From: Candidatus Aminicenantes bacterium
GTDB taxonomy: Bacteria > Acidobacteriota > Aminicenantia > Aminicenantales > UBA4085
Reading direction: 5' to 3'
Assembly: GCA_022866045.1 (NCBI GenBank)
Contig: JALHTW010000028.1
Coordinates: forward strand, 1 to 59,840
Length of the DNA stretch: 59,840 nt
Part shown: positions 46,201-54,498 of the stretch, one piece after another
Layout of the letters: each line of letters opens with the position of its first letter
How positions within the stretch are numbered: the first letter of the stretch is position 1
Made by a program: the position numbers and the translations under genes
The notes under the pieces: model-generated
Databases searched by the model: none
The model's input: only the letters and a program-made list of their open reading frames with translations
What the model was told of the DNA's origin: nothing

Positions 46201-46309
46201 AGAAGACCCTGATTTATGCAATAAACTGGGTTCGAACGGAAGAATCAGAGTCAAAAAGCAATTTGATTGGGATGTAAAACGAAAACAGTATATCGATATT
46301 ATTTCATGA
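43280..46309 (+). CDS. Fusion protein: glutamine-dependent asparagine synthase-type amidotransferase (N) + family 4 glycosyltransferase (C)
   Basis: MCGICGF Ntn nucleophile, SDTEVIVHSY and PP-loop LSGGLDSS. From about residue 640: ILLISGDFLPVKGGIST and EGFGIVFLEASACGKPIIAGKAGGSVEAVEDNVTGLIV. One continuous 1009-codon ORF. Confidence 0.85.
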   Translation: MCGICGFIGTIRNKELLVRMNDSLSHRGPDGEGYYCSWEKKGGDENQRAVGFGIRRLAIIDLLTGDQPIYNEDKSIVTVFNGEIYNFQELRDRLRQKGHGFATNSDTEVIVHSYEEYGEQCLNHFRGMFSFALWDRRNEKLLLARDPLGKKPLYYTVLEGNLFFASEIKSLLSIPGFKREINKKALYDYLTFNYIPGEDSIFCGVHKVPAGCVLIYQKEHFSLKRYWDIEFTPAGNLSEKYYCEALRDHLETSVRLRMVSDVPLGALLSGGLDSSIIVALMSRLSDRKIKTFTVGFDAPVFYNETDSAKIIADRFQTDHHELVVKAIDVEKYLPKLVWHFDEPYADPVALPTYIISEFTSKQVKVVLTGDGADENFAGYTRYRIEHYARLFQNMPILAQENLQRLVDVLPRSKRIKKFFKGIFIDSLPVRYAAWIAQLSDRLKNEILTEEFDDLKKTSSFNIFEEILSSSAVAEDISQMLYLDFKNWLGYVHLIRLDRMSMANSLEARSPFLDKELLTFCSQIPSSLKVKGRTTKYILKKAFAGIIPREILDKKKHGFTVPVEIWFRNELKKYAQDILLDNSFFNSGFFNRPHIENLLRRHFSGKEDLGTTLWALINFALWQKIFIEDIHSAKDHRPEFVKKDKILLISGDFLPVKGGISTLFYETCHKNSQIVVLTKRTGDEEAFPSLPKLNIRRVRVFNKYLQPFIFAAHAYKIVKEEKIDKLICAQLRIPGLAGYLIHKLLKKPYYVHTYGPEFRKHKWIAPLMKRILKKAAKIIAISEFAKAQLLKENIPSSKIVTFTPGVDTARFHPHLNAEKIFERYHLSHKIILLTVSRLEVNKGIDKVINLMPEILNKYPQAVYVIVGRGPHEQYLKKLAAEKSKDNILFVGEVPDEELPLFYASCDVFILLTREVPSKGYVEGFGIVFLEASACGKPIIAGKAGGSVEAVEDNVTGLIVNPQNDKEILLALERLLEDPDLCNKLGSNGRIRVKKQFDWDVKRKQYIDIIS

Positions 46310-46340
46310 AGTGAATATTTATAATAGGGACTGAGTCATT

Positions 46341-47660
46341 ATGAGCAATATTTTATATGCCATTGTCGAAAGGATGAGAGGAGAAAATGTCAGAGAAAAG
46401 ATTAAAGAACTTCAAAAGACTCAGTCCTGGACTCGAAAAGAATTACAGGATGATCAGAATAAGAAGCTAAATGAACTCCTCTCCGCCGCAAAAAAAACCG
46501 TCCCCTATTATTCGGAGGTGATTAAAAATCCAAACCCCGATGCCATAAATTCCCTTCCGATTTTGACAAAAGAAATTATCCGCAAAAATATCAAGAGAAT
46601 GTTTAATCCAGAAATTCCAAAATGGAAATTTATCAGATACAGTTCAAGCGGCACGACCGGAGAGCCCGTCCTGCTATTCTTAGAACGAAGCGCCGTCGGC
46701 TATTATCACGCGGCCCAATGGCGCGGATTTTCCTGGTATGGAATCCAACCGGGAGCAGGGGGAATTAAAATATGGGGCGTGCCAATAAATTTAAAGTCAA
46801 AAATTATAGAAAAGCTCAAAGACAGAGTAAACCATAGGATTCGCATTTCTGCATTTCAGCTGGAAAAAATAAAAGTCAAGAATCTCTGGAATACGATCTT
46901 GGCCTATCGGCCGGAATACGTCTATGGGTATGCCTCGGCTTTATATCTTTTTGCCTGCCTGCTTGAAGAAAATCATCTGGCAGGAGAGGAATTGGGCCTG
47001 AAATTGATCGTATCCACAGCGGAAGTTTTATACGAATATCAGAGAGAAAAATTAAGAGGTTTTTTTCAATGCCCCGTGGCCAATGAATATGGAACATGTG
47101 AGGCAGGCATCATTGCTTTTGAATGCCCGAAAGGCTCAATGCATATCACCTCGGAGAATGTGTATGTTGAAGTCGTTAATGAATTTAATAGGACCCAGGG
47201 GCCAGACCATGATGGGAGAATTGTTGTAACGAGTTTAAGAAACTTCGGTTTTCCGCTCATTCGTTATGACCTTGAAGATATTGGAGCTTTCTCAGGAAAA
47301 GAGTGTGCCTGTGGAATTCGGCTTCCCCTCCTCCAGAGAATCCAAGGAAGAACGAGCGATTTCGTTCTTACAAATTCGGGAAAAAAGATCCACAGCGAGT
47401 TTTTCAGCTATCTCAACAGAGAATTGATGGCCCGCGGATATGGTCTAAAAGAATTCAAAATAGTTCAAAAGAAAAAAAATGAGCTCCATGTTTATTTGCT
47501 GAAAATTGACGAGGTGAATAGACGGGCCGTCGATTTTATTTCCGACACGATTAAAAAGCATATTGATCCATCCATGCGCGTGACGTTCGAGTTTGTCAGG
47601 AAGATAGATTCAGAAAAATCGGGGAAAAAAAGGTATTTTGTGAATGAAATACCCTCTTAG
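46341..47660 (+). CDS. CapK / phenylacetate-CoA ligase-like adenylate-forming enzyme
   Basis: SSGTTGEPV AMP-binding motif. About 440 aa, typical of the PaaK/CapK/F390-synthetase group. Confidence 0.7.
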   Translation: MSNILYAIVERMRGENVREKIKELQKTQSWTRKELQDDQNKKLNELLSAAKKTVPYYSEVIKNPNPDAINSLPILTKEIIRKNIKRMFNPEIPKWKFIRYSSSGTTGEPVLLFLERSAVGYYHAAQWRGFSWYGIQPGAGGIKIWGVPINLKSKIIEKLKDRVNHRIRISAFQLEKIKVKNLWNTILAYRPEYVYGYASALYLFACLLEENHLAGEELGLKLIVSTAEVLYEYQREKLRGFFQCPVANEYGTCEAGIIAFECPKGSMHITSENVYVEVVNEFNRTQGPDHDGRIVVTSLRNFGFPLIRYDLEDIGAFSGKECACGIRLPLLQRIQGRTSDFVLTNSGKKIHSEFFSYLNRELMARGYGLKEFKIVQKKKNELHVYLLKIDEVNRRAVDFISDTIKKHIDPSMRVTFEFVRKIDSEKSGKKRYFVNEIPS

Positions 47661-48522
47661 CTTAAAAGGAGTCCCGTGCAATATCTGCAAGTTGAAGGCC
47701 GAAGAAATCATTATGAAAACAGATCTGGGCAATATTGTCAGGTGCAAAAACTGCGGATTATTTTATAGATCTCCAAGGTTATCCGATGAAGATGAAATAC
47801 GCAGGTATAAGAACCTGGGCTATGATGATGCGTATTGCGAAATATTAGACAGATCGAGAAAGGACCTATATCTCGCCGTTCTGGAGGAGATCGAGGCTTA
47901 TAAAGGCAAATTGCTCGATGTGGGGTGCGCGGACGGCTATTTTCTGGGCTTAGCCCAAAAAAGGGGTTGGGAGCCCTATGGCGTGGAGATATCAGATTTT
48001 TATTTAGAGAAAGCAAAAAAAAATCTGAGCGAGAAGAGTGTTTTTGGCGTTCCTTTAAAAATTGCCAAATTTCCATCAAATTTATTCGATGCTGTTACGC
48101 TCCTGGATGTTCTCGATCATCTTGGGGATCCCCGGGGAGAATTGGACGAGATCGGAAGGATTCTTAAGAAGAAGGGGATGTTGATTGCCCGAGTTCGCAA
48201 CGGAGCATTTCACGTGTTGCTGGATCGATTATTTGAAAAGAATGTGTTTGGGATTATCCCGGTGTCAACGGTATTTCATTTATATGGATTTGACCGTCAT
48301 ACCCTTGCCATTCTTTTAAAGAAGGCGAACTTTTCAAATATCAGAATCGAGAATTCAAAGCTGACGGGGGGGAATCCTTATTGTCAAACAAAATATTTAG
48401 AAAGGTATATGATAAATATTATCAAAAGAACCTATTCGGCTTTTGCTGAAGTCGTAAGCTTGCTTTCTCGCAAAAATGTGCTCATTTCTTCTTCATTGAT
48501 GATTTATGCCAAAAAAAAGTAA
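47644..48522 (+). CDS. SAM-dependent methyltransferase with N-terminal zinc ribbon (paralogue of 37196-38176)
   Basis: CNICK...CKNCG ribbon. Motif I LLDVGCADGYFL. 17-nt overlap with the upstream gene. Confidence 0.7.
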   Translation: MKYPLSLKGVPCNICKLKAEEIIMKTDLGNIVRCKNCGLFYRSPRLSDEDEIRRYKNLGYDDAYCEILDRSRKDLYLAVLEEIEAYKGKLLDVGCADGYFLGLAQKRGWEPYGVEISDFYLEKAKKNLSEKSVFGVPLKIAKFPSNLFDAVTLLDVLDHLGDPRGELDEIGRILKKKGMLIARVRNGAFHVLLDRLFEKNVFGIIPVSTVFHLYGFDRHTLAILLKKANFSNIRIENSKLTGGNPYCQTKYLERYMINIIKRTYSAFAEVVSLLSRKNVLISSSLMIYAKKK

Positions 48523-49717
48523 AATCGTTCACATCATTACCCGCTTGGATAAAGGGGGATCAGCCCAGAACACACTCCTTACGGTTTTGGGAATGGATAC
48601 GAAAAAATATGATGTCCTCTTATTCAAAGGTCCAACGGTTGAATCCAGAATGAGTCAAGATGAGAACGCCTCCGTCATGGCTGACCTCCAAAAGGCGCAA
48701 TTGAAAAGGATAAAGCTCGTGACGATACCTTTTTTAGTAAGGCGAATAAATCCCGCTTATGATGTCTGGGCCTTAATTTGTCTTTTTTGGCTTCTCATTA
48801 AGGAAAAGCCGACCATTGTTCATACCCATACTTCAAAGGCAGGATTTTTGGGGAGACTTGCAGCTAAGCTTGCTCGTGTCCCGATTATTATCCACACTCC
48901 CCATGGCCATGTCTTCTTTGGCTATTTTGGCCCTTTAAAAACGCAGATGTTTATTCTTCTTGAAAAATATGCAGCCCGCATAACGGATAGAATCGTGGCC
49001 CTTACGAAAGGGGAAAAGGAAGATTATCAATTCTATAAAATCGCTCCAGAGGATAAGATTGTTGTCATCAACAGCGGGGTTGAACTAGAAAAAATCAAAG
49101 ACCTATCTTTGGAGGAACGACAGAATTTAAAAAGGCAGCTCGGAATACCCGAAAGATCTTTCGTTGTTGGCACCGCGGGCCGCTTAGAGCCAGTTAAAGG
49201 GCCGGAATATCTGATGGAAGCGGCCAAAGACATTCTCTCTAATTATCCTCAAACCTATTTTGTCTTTGCCGGGGACGGACCCCTCAGACAGAGATTAGAG
49301 AGGAAAGCTTATGAGCTGGGCATCAACACCAACATGCGATTTTTGGGCTGGAGGAATGATGTCACCCGGGTGATTTCCATTTATGATATTTTTGTTTTTC
49401 CTTCTCTCAATGAGGGGATGGGAAGAGTCTTGGTGGAAGCCATGGCTTTAGGAAAACCTGTTGTGGCGAGCAAGGTCGGAGGAATACCTGATTTAGTGAC
49501 TCATGGGAAGACCGGCTTTTTAGTTCCTCCGAAGGATCCGGGACAGATGGCAAGATATATTCAGGTCCTCATAGAGGATGAAGGGAAAAGAAAGAGGTTG
49601 GGGCAGGCGGGAAAAGAGATGGCCTTGAATTTTAAGAAAGAGATCATGATCGAGAAGATAGAGGAATTGTATGATGAGTTGCTCGTAAAAAAGAATATAT
49701 TTTTCTTGCCCCTTTGA
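48506..49717 (+). CDS. Family 4 (GT-B) glycosyltransferase
   Basis: KIVHIITRLDKGGSAQN and EGMGRVLVEAMALGKPVVASKVGGIPDLVTHGKTGFLV. 17-nt overlap with the upstream gene. Confidence 0.8.
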   Translation: MPKKSKIVHIITRLDKGGSAQNTLLTVLGMDTKKYDVLLFKGPTVESRMSQDENASVMADLQKAQLKRIKLVTIPFLVRRINPAYDVWALICLFWLLIKEKPTIVHTHTSKAGFLGRLAAKLARVPIIIHTPHGHVFFGYFGPLKTQMFILLEKYAARITDRIVALTKGEKEDYQFYKIAPEDKIVVINSGVELEKIKDLSLEERQNLKRQLGIPERSFVVGTAGRLEPVKGPEYLMEAAKDILSNYPQTYFVFAGDGPLRQRLERKAYELGINTNMRFLGWRNDVTRVISIYDIFVFPSLNEGMGRVLVEAMALGKPVVASKVGGIPDLVTHGKTGFLVPPKDPGQMARYIQVLIEDEGKRKRLGQAGKEMALNFKKEIMIEKIEELYDELLVKKNIFFLPL

Positions 49718-49786
49718 TAATGGTTTATGCCCCACCATCCAGCTGTTTATTAATATCAACGCATTAATTAAAATGATATCCCCGTT

Positions 49787-49900
49787 GGGGCGGCCTAAGC
49801 GCCGCCCATATATTGTCACTTTATTTATTACGTTTGTATTAGTTTGCGAGATCCTTTGCCGAATGCCTCACGGCTTGAGGCGAAGCCTTTTCATTTTTTG
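49787..49900. terminator. Convergent-operon terminator region with two hairpins
   Basis: GGGCGGC/GCCGCCC hairpin (49788-49807) followed by an A/T-rich tract. GGCTT/AAGCC hairpin (about 49872-49887) followed by TTTTCATTTTTT. Lies between the stops at 49717 (+) and 49891 (-). Confidence 0.35.
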
Positions 49901-50964
49901 TTTAATTCGCGCCCGGCCAGCATTAAAATAACAATAATCGTCAATACACATAAACCCTGCAGGAGCTCTAAATAGATTCCCAGATCTTTTGCGGCTTTGA
50001 GATTAATGCCGCCTATTCCCAGGCAGAGGGCAATTAAGTAAATGAGCAAAACCGTTTGGGTTTCGGTAAACCCGAGTAACACCAGACGATGATGTAAATG
50101 GTCTTTTCCTGTGTATTCAATCCATTCCTTAAAGGTCTTAACCCTCCTTCTTAAAATTCTCGCTATGGTAATGTAAGTCATATCGAAGATAAATATGCCA
50201 AGAATCAAAATAGGCAAACTGAGGGCCACCTTCGGGTTGTTTTCCGCCCAGCCGCCCATAATGGCCACTCCGCCTAATGTAAACCCTAAAAAAGTACTCC
50301 CTGCATCTCCTAAAAATATCGAAGCGGGCTTAAAATTAAATTTTAAAAAACCCAGACAGCTTCCGGCCAGGACAATGGTTATATATCCCAAATAGGATTG
50401 CCCGGTTATTTGAGCCACAAAAAAAAATGACAGGGAACAAATTGCCGTCAAGCCTGTCGCCAGCCCGTCCATCCCATCAAAAAAATTAACGGCATTGGTT
50501 ATGCCCACGATCCAAAGGAACGTCAGAACGATTTCTCCCACATTGCCCCACCAAATATCCGGCAAGATGTTGAGTTTGACTCCGCACAGCATGAGAACGA
50601 GCGTCGCAACAAGTTGTCCCCCAAGTTTCCAGCTCGCGCTTAAGCCTTTGAGGTCATCGATTAACCCGATGATGAGGATGATTGTGCCGCCGATAATGAC
50701 ACCTTTTAACTCGATTGAAAAAGCAAAGTTTAAAAAGATGACCAGGACATAGGAGATGTATATGGCTAATCCGCCCAGCTTCGGCATGGGCTTCTCATGA
50801 ATTTTTCTTTCATCCGGGAGGTCCAAGATTTTCAGCCGAGCGGCAACCAGCCTCATAACCGGAGTCAGAAACAAGGTTGTGAGAAAGGCAAAGGCGAAAA
50901 GAAAAAGCCACCTCAGCGCCAGGCCAGAAAGGAACAATTGAATACTATCTAAAATGTGTTTCAT
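49891..50964 (-). CDS. WecA/MraY-family polyprenyl-phosphate HexNAc-1-phosphate transferase (initiating enzyme)
   Basis: About 10 TM segments. NAVNFFDGMDGLA and DAGSTFLGF motifs. Confidence 0.8.
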   Translation of the reverse strand: MKHILDSIQLFLSGLALRWLFLFAFAFLTTLFLTPVMRLVAARLKILDLPDERKIHEKPMPKLGGLAIYISYVLVIFLNFAFSIELKGVIIGGTIILIIGLIDDLKGLSASWKLGGQLVATLVLMLCGVKLNILPDIWWGNVGEIVLTFLWIVGITNAVNFFDGMDGLATGLTAICSLSFFFVAQITGQSYLGYITIVLAGSCLGFLKFNFKPASIFLGDAGSTFLGFTLGGVAIMGGWAENNPKVALSLPILILGIFIFDMTYITIARILRRRVKTFKEWIEYTGKDHLHHRLVLLGFTETQTVLLIYLIALCLGIGGINLKAAKDLGIYLELLQGLCVLTIIVILMLAGRELNKK

Positions 50965-50978
50965 GTTTCATATCAATA

Positions 50979-52028
50979 TTAGAAAATATCTTTGACAACA
51001 GCAATAATTTTTTTCGTTTCTTTATCTTTTAAGGAAGGATAAAGAGGAATGGAGAGTGACTTCTGCCAGGCCGCCATCGTCCGGGGAAAACCGGACAAAC
51101 GCATGTAAACATGGAGAGGGATGTGGACCGGACGCCTGGCCTGGACTTTGTTTCGCCGTAATTTTTCAAGATAGACAGAAGACTTCTCCTCGGTCCTCAC
51201 AACGAACCGATAATAGATGTGATCATTTTCCTCTTTCCAGAGGGGTAAAGAGAAATGACAATTCTTAAATTCCCGGAAGTACAACGCTGCGATTTCTCTT
51301 CTCCGGGCAATGAACTCATCCAGCCGGGCGAGCTGGCTGAGCCCGAGAGCGGCCTGGATATCGTTCATCTTGTAATTATAGCGCAGAAGATAATCATTTT
51401 TATTGTCGTAATCTCTGAGGTCTTTAATTTTGGAAATCAGGCTTTTCGAATCGCTCAAGACCATTCCGCCTTCCCCGCTTGTGATCACTTTGGTCGCATA
51501 AAAAGAAAACACGGAGAGAAGGCCGATGCTCCCGACTCTCCGGCCCTTAAAAGTCGCTCCGATGGCTTGAGCGCAATCTTCAATGACGGGAATGCCGAGC
51601 TCGGTCAAACGATCGATTTGTGCCGGACAGCCAAAGAGATGGGGGACAATGATGGCTTTGGTCTTCCTGGTGACGGCTCTTTTAACAGCATCGGCTGAGA
51701 GGTTGAACGTCAGCGGTTCAATATCGACCAAAACAGGAGTGGCTCTCGTATAATGGATGGCGTTGAGCAGCGCAGAGCAGACAAAAGAAGGGATAATGAC
51801 CTCATCTCTTTCTTTGATATCAAGAGCCAGGAGGGCCAAATGAAGAGCTGCGGTTCCCGAGCTGGTCGCCGCAGCATTTTTATTGCCGATGAAGCCGGCT
51901 AATCGCTTTTCAAACTCTTGAACCCGGCGTCCCTGAGAGAGATGACCGGATTTCATCGCTGTCGCGACAGCTCGAATATCCGATTCATCAAGAGACGGCC
52001 GGGAATGAGGAATGACCGCTTTATCCAT
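50979..52028 (-). CDS. DegT/DnrJ/EryC1/StrS-family PLP-dependent sugar aminotransferase
   Basis: HSRPSLDESDIRAV...SGHLSQGRRVQEFE N-terminus and SFYATKVITSGEGGMV (PLP lysine). The start shares 1 nt with the upstream stop (TAATG). Confidence 0.85.
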   Translation of the reverse strand: MDKAVIPHSRPSLDESDIRAVATAMKSGHLSQGRRVQEFEKRLAGFIGNKNAAATSSGTAALHLALLALDIKERDEVIIPSFVCSALLNAIHYTRATPVLVDIEPLTFNLSADAVKRAVTRKTKAIIVPHLFGCPAQIDRLTELGIPVIEDCAQAIGATFKGRRVGSIGLLSVFSFYATKVITSGEGGMVLSDSKSLISKIKDLRDYDNKNDYLLRYNYKMNDIQAALGLSQLARLDEFIARRREIAALYFREFKNCHFSLPLWKEENDHIYYRFVVRTEEKSSVYLEKLRRNKVQARRPVHIPLHVYMRLSGFPRTMAAWQKSLSIPLYPSLKDKETKKIIAVVKDIF

Positions 52029-52645
52029 TAGATATCATCGCGCAAAAACCGGAAGGCTTTAAAACCCTCGGCATATTTGACTTTTCCTTGGAACCCCCTG
52101 AAGTTGGCGATGGCTTTGACGCTTTCAACCATGTCGAGTTTCGTCGGATACGCTTTGGCCACTTGGGAGGAGTAAACCTGGATCAACTTTTTCTTTTCCT
52201 CCAGGACATCCTCAATATCCACAAATATATCCGGTTCGAAATTATTAGAGGTATAATCTTCGTAAAAAAAGACCTTTTTAATGTACCGAGTGGCGGCGAG
52301 AGCGCACTCGGCCATGGTGCGGTGATCCTGATGAATGTCATCAATGTAGTTAACATAAACTTCATCCGGTTTCACGTCTTTGATGACTTTATCGATATAG
52401 GTGATGATGATCCTCTCCTTGGGCAGCTCTGTATCTGTATACCCGGCCCAGAAGATTTTCTTAACACCCAATAGTCTCATGGCCTCTTCTTGTTCTCTCT
52501 GCCGGGTTTCCGGATCTCCGCCGAATTCTCCTTTCGTCAGGACCAGATAAAATATGTTCATCCCTTTCCTGGCAAACTTAAGAAACGTGCCTCCGCAGCC
52601 ATATTCAATATCGTCCGGATGGGCTCCCAAGGCTAAAATATTCAA
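52028..52645 (-). CDS. PIG-L / LmbE-family N-acetyl-sugar deacetylase
   Basis: ILALGAHPDDIEYGCGGT motif. There is no ATG upstream of the motif. TTG 52645 is preceded by GGGGGAGG and forms a TTGA overlap with the WbqC stop. The track ORF starts at another TTG, 52690. Confidence 0.75.
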   Translation of the reverse strand: MNILALGAHPDDIEYGCGGTFLKFARKGMNIFYLVLTKGEFGGDPETRQREQEEAMRLLGVKKIFWAGYTDTELPKERIIITYIDKVIKDVKPDEVYVNYIDDIHQDHRTMAECALAATRYIKKVFFYEDYTSNNFEPDIFVDIEDVLEEKKKLIQVYSSQVAKAYPTKLDMVESVKAIANFRGFQGKVKYAEGFKAFRFLRDDI

Positions 52646-53331
52646 TTTCCTCCCCCTTTTTTTAAGATGGAAAGACCCTCTGAACCACAATTGAACAGCA
52701 AATCAATGGCTGAAAGATAGGGTTCGAAATCCCCGTAGAGTTGAGGGTAACGGGGATGTTGATAGTCCTGAAAGATGACCTGGATGCCTTCCTTCTCAAA
52801 GAGGGCCAGGTTCAAATATTTTGGGCCATCCTTGCCGGAGAGATAGACGTCCCCTCTCAGATGCTTGCAGAGATCAATCAATCGCTCGGTCGCTTCATCT
52901 CTGAGCTCGTACCCTGAGGCTCGGACAAGCTTTTTATCGGAAAGGCCTAAGGCCTTGGCCAAATAATGGATGATATGAATATTGATATCGACCAAGGAGG
53001 ACCATTCCTGGGCGTAGGTTTGCTCGAAGAAAGCGATATGTTCCTTGAAAAAAGCGGCCTTGGAATAGTTTGTGATGAGCGCTTGCAGATGTTTTTTTCC
53101 CCAGGCCACCGTATTATTAATTTTAACCTCGCAGATTTTTTGAGATAATCTGTGGATCACGGGCACCGTCAGCCATTGCCATCCCTGGGCGGTCTTGATC
53201 CTGTTTCGGTTCTGCCATTCATTTTTTTTAAATTGAACATTATCCAACAAGACAAAGGCGTTGCTTTTCGAGATTTTATCAAAATATCCCAGCCAGGGTA
53301 AGTACTGAGGTTGGTGGATGGAAACAATCAT
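52642..53331 (-). CDS. WbqC-family protein (glycan biosynthesis, function unknown)
   Basis: Start at MIVSIHQPQYLPWLGYFDKI (ATG 53331); the track starts at TTG 53421. The string is the WbqC-like family signature. Confidence 0.7.
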   Translation of the reverse strand: MIVSIHQPQYLPWLGYFDKISKSNAFVLLDNVQFKKNEWQNRNRIKTAQGWQWLTVPVIHRLSQKICEVKINNTVAWGKKHLQALITNYSKAAFFKEHIAFFEQTYAQEWSSLVDINIHIIHYLAKALGLSDKKLVRASGYELRDEATERLIDLCKHLRGDVYLSGKDGPKYLNLALFEKEGIQVIFQDYQHPRYPQLYGDFEPYLSAIDLLFNCGSEGLSILKKGGGN

Positions 53332-53442
53332 CCGCTCGGTGCCATTTCTTTCTGTAAAATCCAAATCCCGAGCCGGCGAAGACTCAGGAGCTTTTTTTAA
53401 GAATAATGAATTTCTGAACAATCAGAAGAGATGGACTTAGCT

Positions 53443-54498
53443 TCACAGAGTCTCTCTAAGGCCTTGCTCGTCGATCGCTTTTTTGATAAATAAAATGGGT
53501 GATTTTGTGAGATCAATTATTTTTAGCTTCTTCAGTTGGTTCCCCTGACCGTCAAATATAATTTCAACAATCGGGCGCATGGGGCTAAGGTTGTTAATGC
53601 CGACAACTCTGCCAATTTCATTATTATTTAACGCGACAAAACTGTTTATGGGATAAAAAGTGATATAGTTCAAAAAGGCTTTTAGCACTTTCTGGTCAAA
53701 CTTCGCTTCATCTTCCTGGATGATTATCTTGACGGCCGCAAAGGGGATTATTCTTTCGGTCCGATAGGGCCGGGGATGGGTCATGGCTTCGTAAACCTCG
53801 GCGATGGCGACGATTTTGGCAAATTCTGAGATTTCATCTTCCTTTTTCCCTTCGGGATAACCTGTCCCGTCTTTATTTTCGTGGTGTTGATAGACAACGT
53901 CGGCTGTGATTTTCGGCGAATCTTTTATTTTCAGCAAAAATGCCAGGCCATAGACCGGATGGCGTTTAATCTCGGCAAACTCCTCTTCGCTTAATTTTGA
54001 AGGTTTGTCGATGATCTGTTTGGAAATTTTCAGCATCCCGATATCATGAATCAAAGAACAGGCGCACAGATCGATCACTTCACTTTTATTATAGCCCAGA
54101 GCGAATCCCAGGTTTGCGGCTAAAATGGAGACATTGACGGAATGAGGATACAGATAATCCTTGATAATTTCACTCAGGGCATAATTGTTTGATAATTCAC
54201 GCAGGGCATAATTGTTTGCTAAGGATAGGAAGATTTCGGGCTTGATGATAAACTCACCGACGATGTTTTCGACAATCTGGACAATTTCTCTCCATTCTTT
54301 GGTCCGACCCAGGACGATTTCGTCCATGATCTGTTTTAGGCGAAGGATTGCCGATGCGTATATTTCTTCGATCTCTTGCTGACGTACCTTTTCCTTGTCG
54401 GGAGTGACATGGACGGCTTCGGATATGGAGATTTTCTTCTCCGGAGATTTTTTCTCTTTGGATTTTTTTATGAGCTCGGTAAGTGTCACCATGGTCAA
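53443..54498 (-). CDS. HD-GYP domain protein (putative c-di-GMP phosphodiesterase) with helical N-terminal domain
   Basis: HSVNVS...LIHDIGM...HHENKDGTGYPEG. The start directly abuts the stop of the upstream ATPase gene. Confidence 0.8.
   Translation of the reverse strand: MTMVTLTELIKKSKEKKSPEKKISISEAVHVTPDKEKVRQQEIEEIYASAILRLKQIMDEIVLGRTKEWREIVQIVENIVGEFIIKPEIFLSLANNYALRELSNNYALSEIIKDYLYPHSVNVSILAANLGFALGYNKSEVIDLCACSLIHDIGMLKISKQIIDKPSKLSEEEFAEIKRHPVYGLAFLLKIKDSPKITADVVYQHHENKDGTGYPEGKKEDEISEFAKIVAIAEVYEAMTHPRPYRTERIIPFAAVKIIIQEDEAKFDQKVLKAFLNYITFYPINSFVALNNNEIGRVVGINNLSPMRPIVEIIFDGQGNQLKKLKIIDLTKSPILFIKKAIDEQGLRETL
54163..54218. repeat. In-frame 27-bp tandem duplication inside the HD-GYP gene
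   Basis: CAGGGCATAATTGTTTG at 54175-54191 and again at 54202-54218 (period 27). It encodes NNYALRELS NNYALSEII. Confidence 0.8.
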
